A stretch of 64,000 nt of DNA. Origin: Stylophora pistillata (taxonomy: Eukaryota). Every line of letters begins with the position of its first letter. The first letter of the stretch is position 1. The translations under genes and the position numbers were made by a program. The notes under the pieces were generated by a model that was not told the origin of the DNA, ran no database searches, and worked only from the letters and a program-made list of their open reading frames with translations. The stretch lies in assembly GCF_002571385.2 (NCBI RefSeq), contig NW_019217845.1:227452-291451 (forward strand), in the 5' to 3' direction. Of the stretch, positions 11,900 through 23,008 are shown in pieces.

Positions 11900-14800
11900 T
11901 GTGATGCCCCATCCTCGGAGACCCAGGTGCTGAGTCGATTTCAAGTTAGGCTCTTCATGCCCTAACTTGAAATCGACTCAGCCCCAGGGTTTCCGAGGAT
12001 GGTGATGCCCTTGCTATGACATCTGCAAATGGTTAGAAATTCTAGTCTTCTTGGATAAGGATGAAAAACCATAAACCCTGTCTCCTGCTTCTCCTTTGTA
12101 CTGGTTAGCAGGAGACGTTAAAGAACCCACACACTTATCGCAAGAGTAGGAAATGTAGCTCACGGTGTTGTGGTCTGGCCTTCTTATTGTTTAGACAGGC
12201 CCCCATTTAAGACAGCTTTGAGCATAACTGGGCCAGCTTGCCTAAATATCGTTTATATATATGGTATTACATACAAGATCTCTTTCTTTTCCCTCTATTC
12301 TCCTTCTCAAGGGTCTGGGTAAGGAAGAGAGGGTTATCATAGATCTTGGGAAACTGACTTACCCAAAGTACACAAAGTTTCTCAGACTTACAATGTTTAT
12401 TACAGTCTTGACTGGCAGTTTTTTTTTTCCTTTAAGGCAGGGTGTGAGAAAAGCTTACAAACTTCTCCACTCTGAATGTGTAAGTTATGAATAAGCTAGT
12501 AAGGTATCAATCCATTATAATTAACTAATCCGTAATTAAGTCAGTCAATCAATTGGGCTGTTTTCTTTCTGTCAGTGGAGCCATGAGCCAGGAGGCACGT
12601 GGGCCATGAGTCAGTTGGCCAATAATTTAGGAATTAGGTAATCAATCTATTGGCCTGTGTGTTTGTCATTTAGTCACTCAATCATTTACCTGATGTATTA
12701 ATTTAGTGAAAAATTCCACTTTAAAATAACTAAATAAATATATCAAAATTTAATGTGATAACTTCAGTCTTGAATGGTAGTTAATGTTATTAATTGAAGA
12801 TAAGGAATGGTTTATCCATCAATAGTAAATTTGCTGTCACAACAAAATTAATTCAGATGGTATAAAAATTAATTATTTTATACTTTTTTTAATAGCCTCC
12901 GCATAGGATCTCCTGGGATACTTTCAAAGGCTTGATGTCATATTACAAACCCAAAAGGAGTAAGTGCTTTTACTTCTAGCTCATAAATAAGTATTGTGTT
13001 CAAAGTGTTGATTACTTTTCATGATTCACAGTTAACTATAATTATGTTTTTTTTCCATTGTTATTAGCCGTCAGTCAATAAGAACCCAGGATTGTCGCAA
13101 ATCTTCCTAAGAGCAGAGAAATGCACCTCTTGCAGCATTAATAATATTACTTTTTCAACAGCTGACTTGGAGAAATATCTTGTTTTCAAGTCACTAAATA
13201 CAAGTCAAACTGGAGAACTGAGGTAATGTTCTCTTTTAAAATGCATTATTTGTAAGTTTTTCTTGAGATCTGAATTAGTCATTCGTTTTTCAGCTTATTT
13301 AGTCTGAAATTTGTTTTCTCTCTACACCCGGTACCTTTGTAGCTTCATTGTGACTCCACATGTATACTTACTGGTAATTATTAACTTTTATTTCTAGCCT
13401 GGATGAATTTTACAATGTTTTTGAAAACAGTCAGATGAAGTGGAAGCGGGTATGTGCCTATTGTTTCATCAAAAGAAATTGAAGGACATTATTTTTGGCA
13501 AACACGATTTGAAAACCTGCTATAACTGCTGTGAAATCATTTCATGATTTATCTCACATGGTTTCTGTTGTTGTTTCACTTAAGGTAACAGAACATTACA
13601 ATCAGTGGTTCAGCTGTTTTAAGTCATGTAACTGTTTGTACCGCACACTCAAAGGTAAGAATTACATGTAATACCCTGAGGGACACCCTGACGCCTCTTT
13701 ACACCTCGTCAGAAAAAACCGGCAGCTAATTAGTGAACGTGTAAAAGAGCCTCTTGTTGCAACGATCAGATCAACCCCGATGAAGGCACTGGACAGGAGT
13801 GTCGAAACGTTGAGTCGATGAATTGTAATTTCGGTTACATTCATTAATTCTTTAAACCAGAATAGCTTCAAACCATGTCTGATTGTCCACCTGGTTGCTG
13901 TGTGGACTTAAATATAATTAATACCCCTGTTCAGTGTACTTGAACTGTCTTTTTTATAGCGCTCCTCGATTGAGTGTCGTAAAACCAAAACCGAAGAAAT
14001 TACAACCGCTAATCACAAGAAATGAAAATGCTCTACAGTGCTGATGAGAACTCAAAGTGAAAACAAGCAAACCGCCTAAAGCGCGGGAAAGCGCTGGAAT
14101 GTGCGGGAAAACGCGGGTGACCATGTCGCGATTGGTTTGAGTTTTGAATCTGATTGGTTGAGGAAGAGGCGCGAGTTTTTTTGGATCAATCACCTAACGA
14201 AAGGAAGCAAAACTAAACCAATTCCGAATTACTTTCGACATTCTCAATTGAAAATTGCTTTATAGGCGAGGATTAATGGTTAAACTAAGACAGGGAAGAT
14301 CACGACTATGTAACAGTTGATTTTACCTCTGGTCCCTTTGTCCTTTGATAGCTCAACAATTGTATCTTTTTCTTTCTCGGTTCTGATTGGTTAAAATGAA
14401 TGCAGTTTTCAGTTAATTCAGTGCAGAAGAGGGTTAATTCAGTGCAAAGAAAGAAACAAACCAGACATTCTGATTGGTCAGAATGATTGGTTAATGTCAA
14501 TGTCAAGGTCAATGTCGAGGTCGATGTCAAGGTCAATGTCACTTGCAGAGTTTGAATAAATTATTTTTGCACATGATGCGCGCNNNNNNNNNNNNNNNNN
14601 NNNNNNNNNNNNNNNNNNNNNNNNNNNNNNNNNNNNNNNNNNNNNNNNNNNNNNNNNNNNNNNNNNNNNNNNNNNNNNNNNNNNNNNNNNNNNNNNNNNN
14701 NNNNNNNNNNNNNNNNNNNNNNNNNNNNNNNNNNNNNNNNNNNNNNNNNNNNNNNNNNNNNNNNNNNNNNNNNNNNNNNNNNNNNNNNNNNNNNNNNNNN

Positions 14801-17800
14801 NNNNNNNNNNNNNNNNNNNNNNNNNNNNNNNNNNNNNNNNNNNNNNNNNNNNNNNNNNNNNNNNNNNNNNNNNNNNNNNNNNNNNNNNNNNNNNNNNNNN
14901 NNNNNNNNNNNNNNNNNNNTAGTGAGTTGATTCATCAGAGTGACATTTATTTTTTTCGTCATAATTTTGTATTTCAATCAATCAAACGTCTTTTTTTCGT
15001 TTATTTACCCTCGCAGCGTCTAGTGAGCCAGAAAGCTCGTTCAAAGTACGTACAAAAAAATACGAAATAGCTTTAGACATACAGAATTAAAAATGTATTA
15101 TGTATGTGTAACAACTAGGTTCGTTATGAAAAGCTAACATGTACAACTGCAAATGTCACTGTAGGTAAGATTGGGATGGTTAAAAACTGATTCTAAAATA
15201 CAAGATAAAAAGAAATGTATAGCTCGATTTTGCGCTTGATTTATCTTTGTAAAAGGTTTAAGGTTGGTTCTTTTTTTTCTCTGGACTATTTTTGATAATT
15301 CACGAAGATTTCCTTAGACTAAAGTATCCCTGAAGCTTTGATGAATTCCTTGAGATGTTCACGTTGCAACTTTAATATTTCCAGTTTATGTAGCAGAAGC
15401 CTTACTCAAAATCCTTGGTCTCGGGTTAAGGAAATATTTCCTTTCTGGCTGGAATATGTGAGTATTCAAAAACGGAGCTTTGGCCGTGCTTTCTTGTGTT
15501 ACATTTAAGGTTATCGTTATTCTGAATCGTCACTAACTTTTTCTCGGAGCTGCGCAATCGCTCAAACTCTGAACAACCGTGAATAACGACACTGGCTGGT
15601 CCACTGTTTTTTTTTCGCACAGTGTACAGCGCTGTGCATTAAAATAAACAGACATTAAAAGGTTTTTTTATAGATACATTGCCGATACTTGTTTTTATTT
15701 ATTAATTTTTTTGTTTTGTTTTTTTTAAGGACAAAACTTTGAAATATGTCAAACTTTTATTTACAAAATCCCACAGCGGCAGATGTTAGCCAAAGAAAGT
15801 AAATATGTTCTGGAAGAGTTTTCCTCGTCCTTTTTTTTTTATAATCTGGGATCAATGTCATTATCTCTGCACCTACCCCTCCCTTATTTTTTTAACAATC
15901 TTACCTCAAGTGTTAGTAGTTGACTGTGGTCGGGTTGGGTGATTTTTTTGTGCGCAGGTGCTTCAATATTCAATATTCAATATTGATCCATATTCTGTTT
16001 TTTTTTGAACTAAACGATCCTATGTTAACCCTATCCTATAGATTCGATTTCTTTTTTTTTTTTGCTGGCTGTATTGGTGCAGTTTCAACATCCTTCAGTT
16101 TTATCGTCTGTTTTTTTCCCTTGAGACTTCTCCTGTGAGTACTTAGTTTTTTTAAAAACATGTAATTTTTTTTTTCATGTTACTAAAGCAATTATATTCT
16201 TTGCAGACTTTTTAAATTGAAAGAAAGATACCGTGACGTGTTTGAGACAATGGGTGTCTTATTACCTCGAATGGCCAGTTTTTTTGTTCTCTGTTTTGGT
16301 GGAATTGAACATTGTTGGGTAGGCGTGACATTGTTTTTTTTTGGTCGAGCGCGACAATGGAGAATGATACTTGCCACGCAACGTCTTCGTTTTTTTTCTG
16401 CAGAACAGACGTTCCAGTCTCGAGCCCGATTCGGATTATTTCTCTTTTTTTTTTTAGCTGGACACTTTGCTCTTTGGCTTGGACTACGTGGAATTATGTG
16501 TGTTTTTTTACTGTCAGAGAAACCTAAGAAAAAGCTGGGGGGAAGGGTACTTCTTATTTTTTTTTCGCTGATCAGGATTAGCTCCTGTGAGGTGGACATT
16601 TTCGCCCAAGTTCTGGCGTTACTTACAAGAAACGATTATTCTCTCAGAGTTGCCATAGTCATCCTTTTGATGTACTACTCATTTGGAATCATTGGAATAG
16701 AATGCTTCTCTGGACTAAAACTAAAATTTTTTTGTGTGTAAGTATTCTTCGTTCCGATTACAGTCTTGAAAAGATTATTCAGTTTTTTCTCATGGATCTA
16801 GCGGAACTGACGGGTCAGAGAGGGGGAAGTAAATTCCCTTAAAGCTATTTACGAGTAGTCTCTCAAACGAACTATGGTTTTCCGAAACGACCGCATGAAG
16901 ACTAAGCTCGAACTAATGTTCCACGTGAAAAGAATATAATGTAAATCGATCGCCGGGGAAGTAGTATTCCGCTTCTGTCTGGAACCAGAAATAGTAGAAT
17001 CGACGTACCCCATCATCCCTGGGAAAAGCGAAAAAAATCGCTCGCTTGACAAGCATTTTCAGAGCCACTGATACCTGAAGGAGAATGAGTAGGACGGTTC
17101 GATTTGTGTGTTGGTATTTCTGAATGTATCTCTTATCTTATTAAATGTATATATATTTTTACTTCGCACAGGAACACATCGTGGGAAGAAGAATATAAAG
17201 AGGGTGGTTATTATTATTTAAATAACTTCGATGATTTGTTGCATTCATACGGTAAGTGTCTTTAAATTTTTGTCTGGTTAAATCTTACCACAAATGGGGA
17301 AGAACCAGAAATAACTAAGTAGAATGAAAGAAGAACTTTGATGTAACGAACCACGGATGTCTAGTGTAACAATGGCTAGTTTCCATGTTATTGATAGCTA
17401 AACCACACCGTAAAGGAAACCTTCTGTTCAGGCTCAATTTTTCTTGTTTTCCCGTAACCAGTGTTCGTTCGAACCTCCCGTCGGGTGAGCGCCATCTCCT
17501 TTCCCAAACAGCGGCTGTTAACCAAGCCTAACCGCAATCACCCCGCCGCACTACAAAATACTTCTTTTTACCCTCCAAATGTAAATGTCTGTAAAGAAAC
17601 TCGAATGTGCATACACTTATTAAAAATATTTCATGACATCACTAAATCATTTAATAGAAATAGTCCATCATGTTAAAAATTTTGAGCCTTTTACTGACAC
17701 GGTGGGTCCACGGTGGTAATTTGGAATTCAAAAGTTTTTCTCCAACTCAGTTATCACCCCCTCCCCCCTTTCTGCCCCATACTTGCAATATTCTCAATTT

Positions 17801-20517
17801 CATCAAAATGGCCGCCCTTCCCTTAGAAAAGTCTATCAGATCATATATTTCCATTTTTATTACGTTTCTTCCCAGTGACTTTGTTCGAGTTGACAGTGGT
17901 TAACAACTGGTTCATAATAATGGTAAGAAAACACGATGATTGTTTCAGTATTCCATTTGCGTCGTAAGCCTCCGACAGTGTTAAGTTGGAGTAGCCTTTG
18001 TAAGTCTGATTACGGAGGCGCTGTGAGAGTAAAGTGTCTTGCCTAAAAACACGACACAATGTCGCCGGCCAAGGTTCGAACCCGTACCACTCGATCCGGA
18101 GTCGAGCTCACCAACCATGAGGCCACCGTTCCTCCCACATCAGCCTTAGTAAATGTTTACCTGGTTACCCTGCGGTCAAATTACTTAATTTTTGCAACCT
18201 TTTTATTAATTCTTGCCTTTTCATGTCTATCTTTTCATATTTATTGATAGGAGGGGATAGTTTTCATGACATCAGACTGGGCCAGATTATTCTTTATGTC
18301 ATTTTACATTGTCACAATGGTAGGTCTTGAAAACGTCACCGATTATTAAAGTTACATAATTTCTAAACAAGGATTGATTAAATGGGGCCTTGGAGAAAGG
18401 GTAGGTACTTAGGTCAGTTTTTGCTGGGTATGTGCCGCTGTCTTCTAAGGACCCCTCCCCCATTATCGGCTCTTCTGTGAACAATTGTAGACTTCATCCT
18501 AGTCACTTTTGGACAAATGTAAATTAAAAAGAACTACTCTTTAGAGAGTTACTTGCCAGGTTCATATGCGACGCGCTTCCCAGCAGGAATGTAAAAAGTG
18601 TCGAGGAGATAGACAGAGAATGAGAGAAATTGTAAATTTTGGCTCTGTTCGTTGAGTGAAGAAAGATTCAAAACATTTTCGAAACATTTCAGGCTTTTGT
18701 CGCTTCTCTTATTTACTTCTATGTGCTTTTAGAGAATAATTCTTTTATCATAGTTTTACCAGTTCTTGATAATCAAGGATCCCCTTTTTCTATCTTATTT
18801 TGACCAGGTTGTTATGACGATTGTTGTGGCGTTTATCCTGGAATCCTTCCTCTTCCGGATTCAATATAGAAAAGAACATCTTACGAATGAGGGAGGTGAA
18901 GAGCTTCAGATATTACTGTAATCGAGACTGTTCTGAACCACTCCGCTATAAAATAACAACATTGAAGTGTTGAGAACGTTCTCCGTTGTCTCTTTTCTCT
19001 TTGAACTTCTAATTCTTACTCCAAAGATCACGTTTCTTAGACCGTTCGTGGCATCACAGACGTTGTACAGCGGAAGAAATCCGAGCGGCGTGCGTCATCT
19101 TTTAACTAACCAAAAAAAAAAGAAAACTTACCAACAATAAAAGAAAACGGTCGCAAAACGCACACATCCTATGAAGTGGCATCAAGTTTTTGTTTTGTTT
19201 GTTAGAATGGGGGATAGTTGCGCTCAGAGGAAAATTTATATAATACTCACAAAATGGTTTATCTCTCGACAGAGGATATGAAGATCAAGATGGAAATCTC
19301 TGTGACCTACGAAGAGCTACTGGACTTAGGCGAAAGCTATGTGACAGATCTGCAGCCTAATCAGACCGTAAGAATAACAATGTTTCATTCAACAGTTCGA
19401 CTCTCAACTCTTTGTTATTAAAGGAACGTTTCTTGAGCCATTAAACACCAATTCAGCGACTTCAACTCATATTCCTGGCCCATTAAGGGACTAATCAGAG
19501 ATCCCACAAGTATCATAATGATTGTGGTGACCTTGCCACCTTGCCCTGTATCACCGTTAGAGTTATGATGTCCATTTACGTAACATTCCATTTAGAAGCT
19601 TCGAAAAGTAACAAAATACAAAGCATCGTCCAGGGTTCCACAAAATAACTTCCTATGCTCGTCAGATAACATTAAACGGCTGAGACCCACAAATTATACC
19701 GTAAGTTTTAAGCCTTTAATCCCTAAGAGTGACTATTTCTCCTTACAATATCACCCTTAATAACCTATTAAGGTCATAAGAATTAAGGAAATGATCACCA
19801 ACTAAAGGAGCTCTTGATTGTTAAACAAATTCTCCTTGTCAGCACCTTAGTAAATGCATAGAGAGCAGTGTGGAGAACATGCATACTGATGGTAGGGTGT
19901 AAAGGTTTAACGGGTTTCGTTATTTCAGGATTCTTTTCCATGCATTTTAACAGTTGTTGGGCTGCATTAGGTTGGTCGTTATGCCAAGGTCCTGGCTGCA
20001 TAACGATCGGTTGTATTGAGGTTCAGCTGTTTAAATACAGTTTGAGATTGGCATGTTACTCACGTACATTCATTTCATTACACTAATGCAGGTTAATTAT
20101 ACAGGAAAACGGACCAAGACAAAAATGGATTTGAACATAAAAATGTACGACGATGAAGTAGAGGTATAAACTATTCATTGATCAGTTTTTGATGAATTAT
20201 TCTGTTGTAAACCAGTCAGTTAGACAAAGAAGGTTAAAGCGATAAAGTCATGTGATTTTGTCATCGTGTGCCGTTTTGTTTATTCTATGAATATTATCTC
20301 GTTTGTAATGGAACTGTTCCGCTTTTCCTTGTAGCAATGGATTAGAAACGAAAGGCCACCCGACAGGGGTGAAACTTCAGCGCGCGCTTCTATGATAGAA
20401 GATACAAGACGAATGCCTCCTACAAACTCCCCCTCACCGCCAGTCTCCTCGTCAGGCAATGGTGTCGTGACTGATGGGATAATGCTGGGAAACGTAAACA
20501 CAGCGTTAGATGAGTAA
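4189..20517 (+). CDS. TPCN1: Two-pore channel 1 (endolysosomal TPC1), multi-exon
   Basis: Exons read by eye, GT-AG except where noted: 4189-4221, 6181-6393, 8266-8379, 8911-9041, 9666-9754, 10469-10503, 10754-10812, 10919-11018, 11628-11701, 12437-12479, 12896-12959, 13162-13222, 13398-13449, 13585-13654, [IIS1-S2 exon(s) not found, probably in the gap at 14584-14919], 15385-15457, 16042-16134, 16207-16278 (donor reads TT), 16648-16737, 17172-17251, 17876-17922, 18251-18319, 18808-18895, 19273-19367, 20092-20163, 20335-20517. The translation has TPC1 hallmarks: [41 protein letters not shown], filter [44 protein letters not shown], filter [19 protein letters not shown]. The start may extend upstream via an in-frame exon 4024-4042 spliced to 4157. 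Confidence 0.93.
4564..5045. mobile_element. Inverted Penelope-like element terminal repeat (205-bp arms) with hammerhead-like motif
   Basis: 4564-4768 is the reverse complement of 4791-4995 with a 22-nt spacer; contains ccgacgaagggctaacgctcgaaacgtcag and the tail ccaccgacgcagc...cagtttctt. Confidence 0.75.
4904..4937 (+). ncRNA. Minimal hammerhead ribozyme-like motif (PLE-associated)
   Basis: C(C)GACGA-stem-loop-GAAAC core; antisense copy at ~4622-4655. Confidence 0.5.
5077..5600. repeat. Three degenerate ~165-190-bp tandem units
   Basis: atgagaatgtgcccc(t)actgc(a/g)gaa at ~5078, 5248 and 5408; units 1 and 3 share agatgtg..ttt.agaaag.catgacatgaca. Confidence 0.7.
6645..6680 (-). ncRNA. Degenerate PLE hammerhead-like motif
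   Basis: Minus strand gctCTGATGAagggctaacgcttGAAAtgttagc; same family as 4904-4937. Confidence 0.4.
6692..7330. other. Assembly gap (others: 14584-14919, 40491-40511, 58507-58773, 59860-60105)
   Basis: Runs of N. Confidence 0.99.
11800..12260 (+). mobile_element. tRNA-derived SINE with nested MITE
   Basis: B-box ggttcaagcc followed by ggtcttaaaataactgaggagaat; related copy at ~62910-63160 and a fragment at 58441-58506. Confidence 0.6.
11910..12001. mobile_element. 92-bp MITE with 9-bp target-site duplication
   Basis: TIR catcctcgg/ccgaggatg, internal palindrome, direct repeat gtgatgccc at 11901-11909 and 12002-12010. Confidence 0.8.
13770..13820 (+). ncRNA. Hammerhead-like motif of a second PLE family
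   Basis: tcaaccCCGATGAaggcactggacaggagtgtcGAAACgttga; stem gcact/agtgt and flanking tcaac/gttga pairing. Confidence 0.4.
18013..18135 (-). mobile_element. tRNA-derived SINE 5' part
   Basis: A box tggcctcatgg and B box ggttcgaacc, followed by ggcaagacactttactctcacag core. Confidence 0.65.
19708..19911 (+). mobile_element. TTAA-flanked ~200-bp MITE (piggyBac-like)
   Basis: ttaa.cctttaa.ccctaagagtgac...gggtgtaaaggtttaa; related copies at ~11160-11352, ~35440-35636 (reverse) and 63604-63813. Confidence 0.7.
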
Positions 20518-23008
20518 TAATTAAATTATGATGTCACCTTTTGAAAGGATGCGTGGGAAAAATAGAGGTTGTGAAGCGGATACCCTCCAGCAAGGGTTCA
20601 ACACACGAAGCGATTAAGGCTGTTCAAAGGTCGAAAAGAATTCCTCTAAAGAGGATTTTTTTTTAAACTTTATATTAACCTAAAATGAAGTGGTTACATA
20701 AAGGATTATTTTCATTCTTAAAATAACATTTCTATACTCCATGAAAGTCTTCAAGACAGACCAAGAATAATGCTATTTGATATGTTTTCTTGACTGGTAG
20801 CCCAATCGAACACCAAGTGTTCCTTTCACCGTGCGAAAACAACGAAAAACAATTATTTGAGAAAGGAATATAGTAAAGTGAATTTGTTAGAAGATATCAG
20901 AAGACCGAAGGGGTCTTGCTTTCGTCATGCTGTGTCACGCAAAGTTTACTTATGCGTGGCGTGACACCTCTTAAAACGTCTACGGACAAGGTAGCAAAAG
21001 ATAGATATTCAGTTACGCCATTATTTATTACCTCGAATGGGTAATTGATTGCAAAGTCAGTTGGCTGGGTTTTACCAGCGATTTTGGACTGAGGTTTTTG
21101 GGATGGGAAACAGTGTTTTTCATTCATATTTGATGTTGTTTTGATTTGTCATCCAAATATCGACTACCTTGATGAATTGATAAAATTCAGGAAATTTTTT
21201 TTCCTGAATTAACCAAGTTGACAAGCCACAAATTTATTTTTTCGAATTCCGTGAATAGATTTTCACAGATGACTACAATGATGAAAAAATTTTAAACGAA
21301 TTGTCAGTTTTACTATTATAAACAATGCATCGTCATCAAATCCAGGAAAAGGAATGTTCTAGAGTGAATTTTGCAAACGAAAGAAATATTATTATGACGA
21401 TACTCATGCGACCAGGTCATGTGACCCAGCTGTAAATATATTCATGAATGTTTCCAAAAATATACGGCTAGACGAAATAAAAACTGACAGAAGGTTCCAT
21501 TTTTTGATTAGTATTTATTGGCCACAAAAGAAGAGACTATTGTCAAATCATCAGCTTCGTATGAAATTCCAAAAGGACGACGAAATCTCCCTCCCAACAC
21601 TTCCCCCTTTGATCCTATTCGGAACTGAAACCACACAGTGGCTGTTTTAAAAGTAGTAATTATCTTAAAAATGTGACACAATTATCAACCAAATAGAAAA
21701 CTCTGGATCTCCTTAATGACCTTAGTATTATATCGGAAAAGAAACTAGATATTATCAATTGAAACAACAGTACAAGTAATTTTCCTTGCGAGGTGGAGAG
21801 TAGGGGGGGAGGAGGCAGACCACGACAGTGGGGCAATAGGGGCATTTATTATCCAACTGTGCTTCGTATAGTACAAATAACGCCCAAAACGAGTACAAAT
21901 ATCTCGTGATGTTTTGTACTGCAGAGAACCGGTGAGACAGGTTTAACTCGCATCGCGCTTGCGACGAATTGGATTGAAGTTACGAAAAAATGGCGAAGAG
22001 TCGGAATGGCTGGCGAATATTGATCCAAGTTTATCAGGTAAATCGAACGAAGAAAAGCAGTTAGATCACAGTGAAGAAAATAGAAACAGCAACACGACAA
22101 ATTCCGTTCCGCTTCGCATACTTCTGTCCCAGTAAATAAATATGCGCGAAATTTCGCCCCGCACTGAAATAACAATTTGGCGTGCTGGATAACAAATTTC
22201 TTATTAAAAGTTTTTTCGCCTAGTATCGTTGAGAATTTTTAATAGTTGTTTGTATTTTGACTCACCCTACGACTCGTCAAAATACGGTACAACCCATAAA
22301 AATACTCAGCGAATACTACACAACAAAATGTTCCACGATGACGAAATGTAAGCTATAAGTTTCTAGTCTGCGTTCCGAATTCGTCATCAAGAATTCCAGT
22401 CCAGAATAGAAAGCGAGTAAACATAAGCTTTGAGAAAGTTGTTTGAACACTTTTGAAATTTAATTTACATATTTCCGACAAAACAAAGCACTGGGTTGTT
22501 ACTGGATTGAACCAGCTTGAGAATATGCCATACACTTAATTTTTTTTCCTGCTCGTATGCAATTAAAGCGAAAAAGAAAATAATTATACAACCTCAATAT
22601 TAAATAATTTTACAATAAATATTTCTTGATTCCGTGTATTTAAATGTCTAACTCTAATATATCTCCCAACGCGAAAATGTTTTTTTTTTTCATTTGATAT
22701 TTTCATCTTTACGAGGTAAACTTAATATTCGCATACAAAACGTACTTATGAGTTTAGGCACAATCCACGTTCCTTTTTTTTTTGTCTCTTTGCAAGGTTT
22801 TTTTTTTTTTTCCGACTTTTTTGCACTCTTATTCCACTCGAAATATCATCACTTAATGTCTAAGTCTTTAGACTTGTTGATGTATTTTGAAGCGCCCTCT
22901 CAGTGACTCCAGAAAGCAGTTAGTTCGTTTTTGCGGCATTCAAACCTAATTGCTGACTAACGGATATTTTTTCAACAATTGCACGCTACGTAGCAGTTCT
23001 CAACACAG

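Noticed and set aside
14494-14541. (gtcaat/gtcaag)n hexamer run giving [13 protein letters not shown] ORFs
   Set aside because: Simple repeat within a transposon end next to a gap.
16217-16741. 174-aa hydrophobic ORF as an independent gene
   Set aside because: Two TPCN1 exons joined through a T-corrupted, repeat-containing intron.
18013-18135. tRNA gene
   Set aside because: A/B boxes run directly into a SINE core with no complete acceptor stem; the same applies at ~11800.
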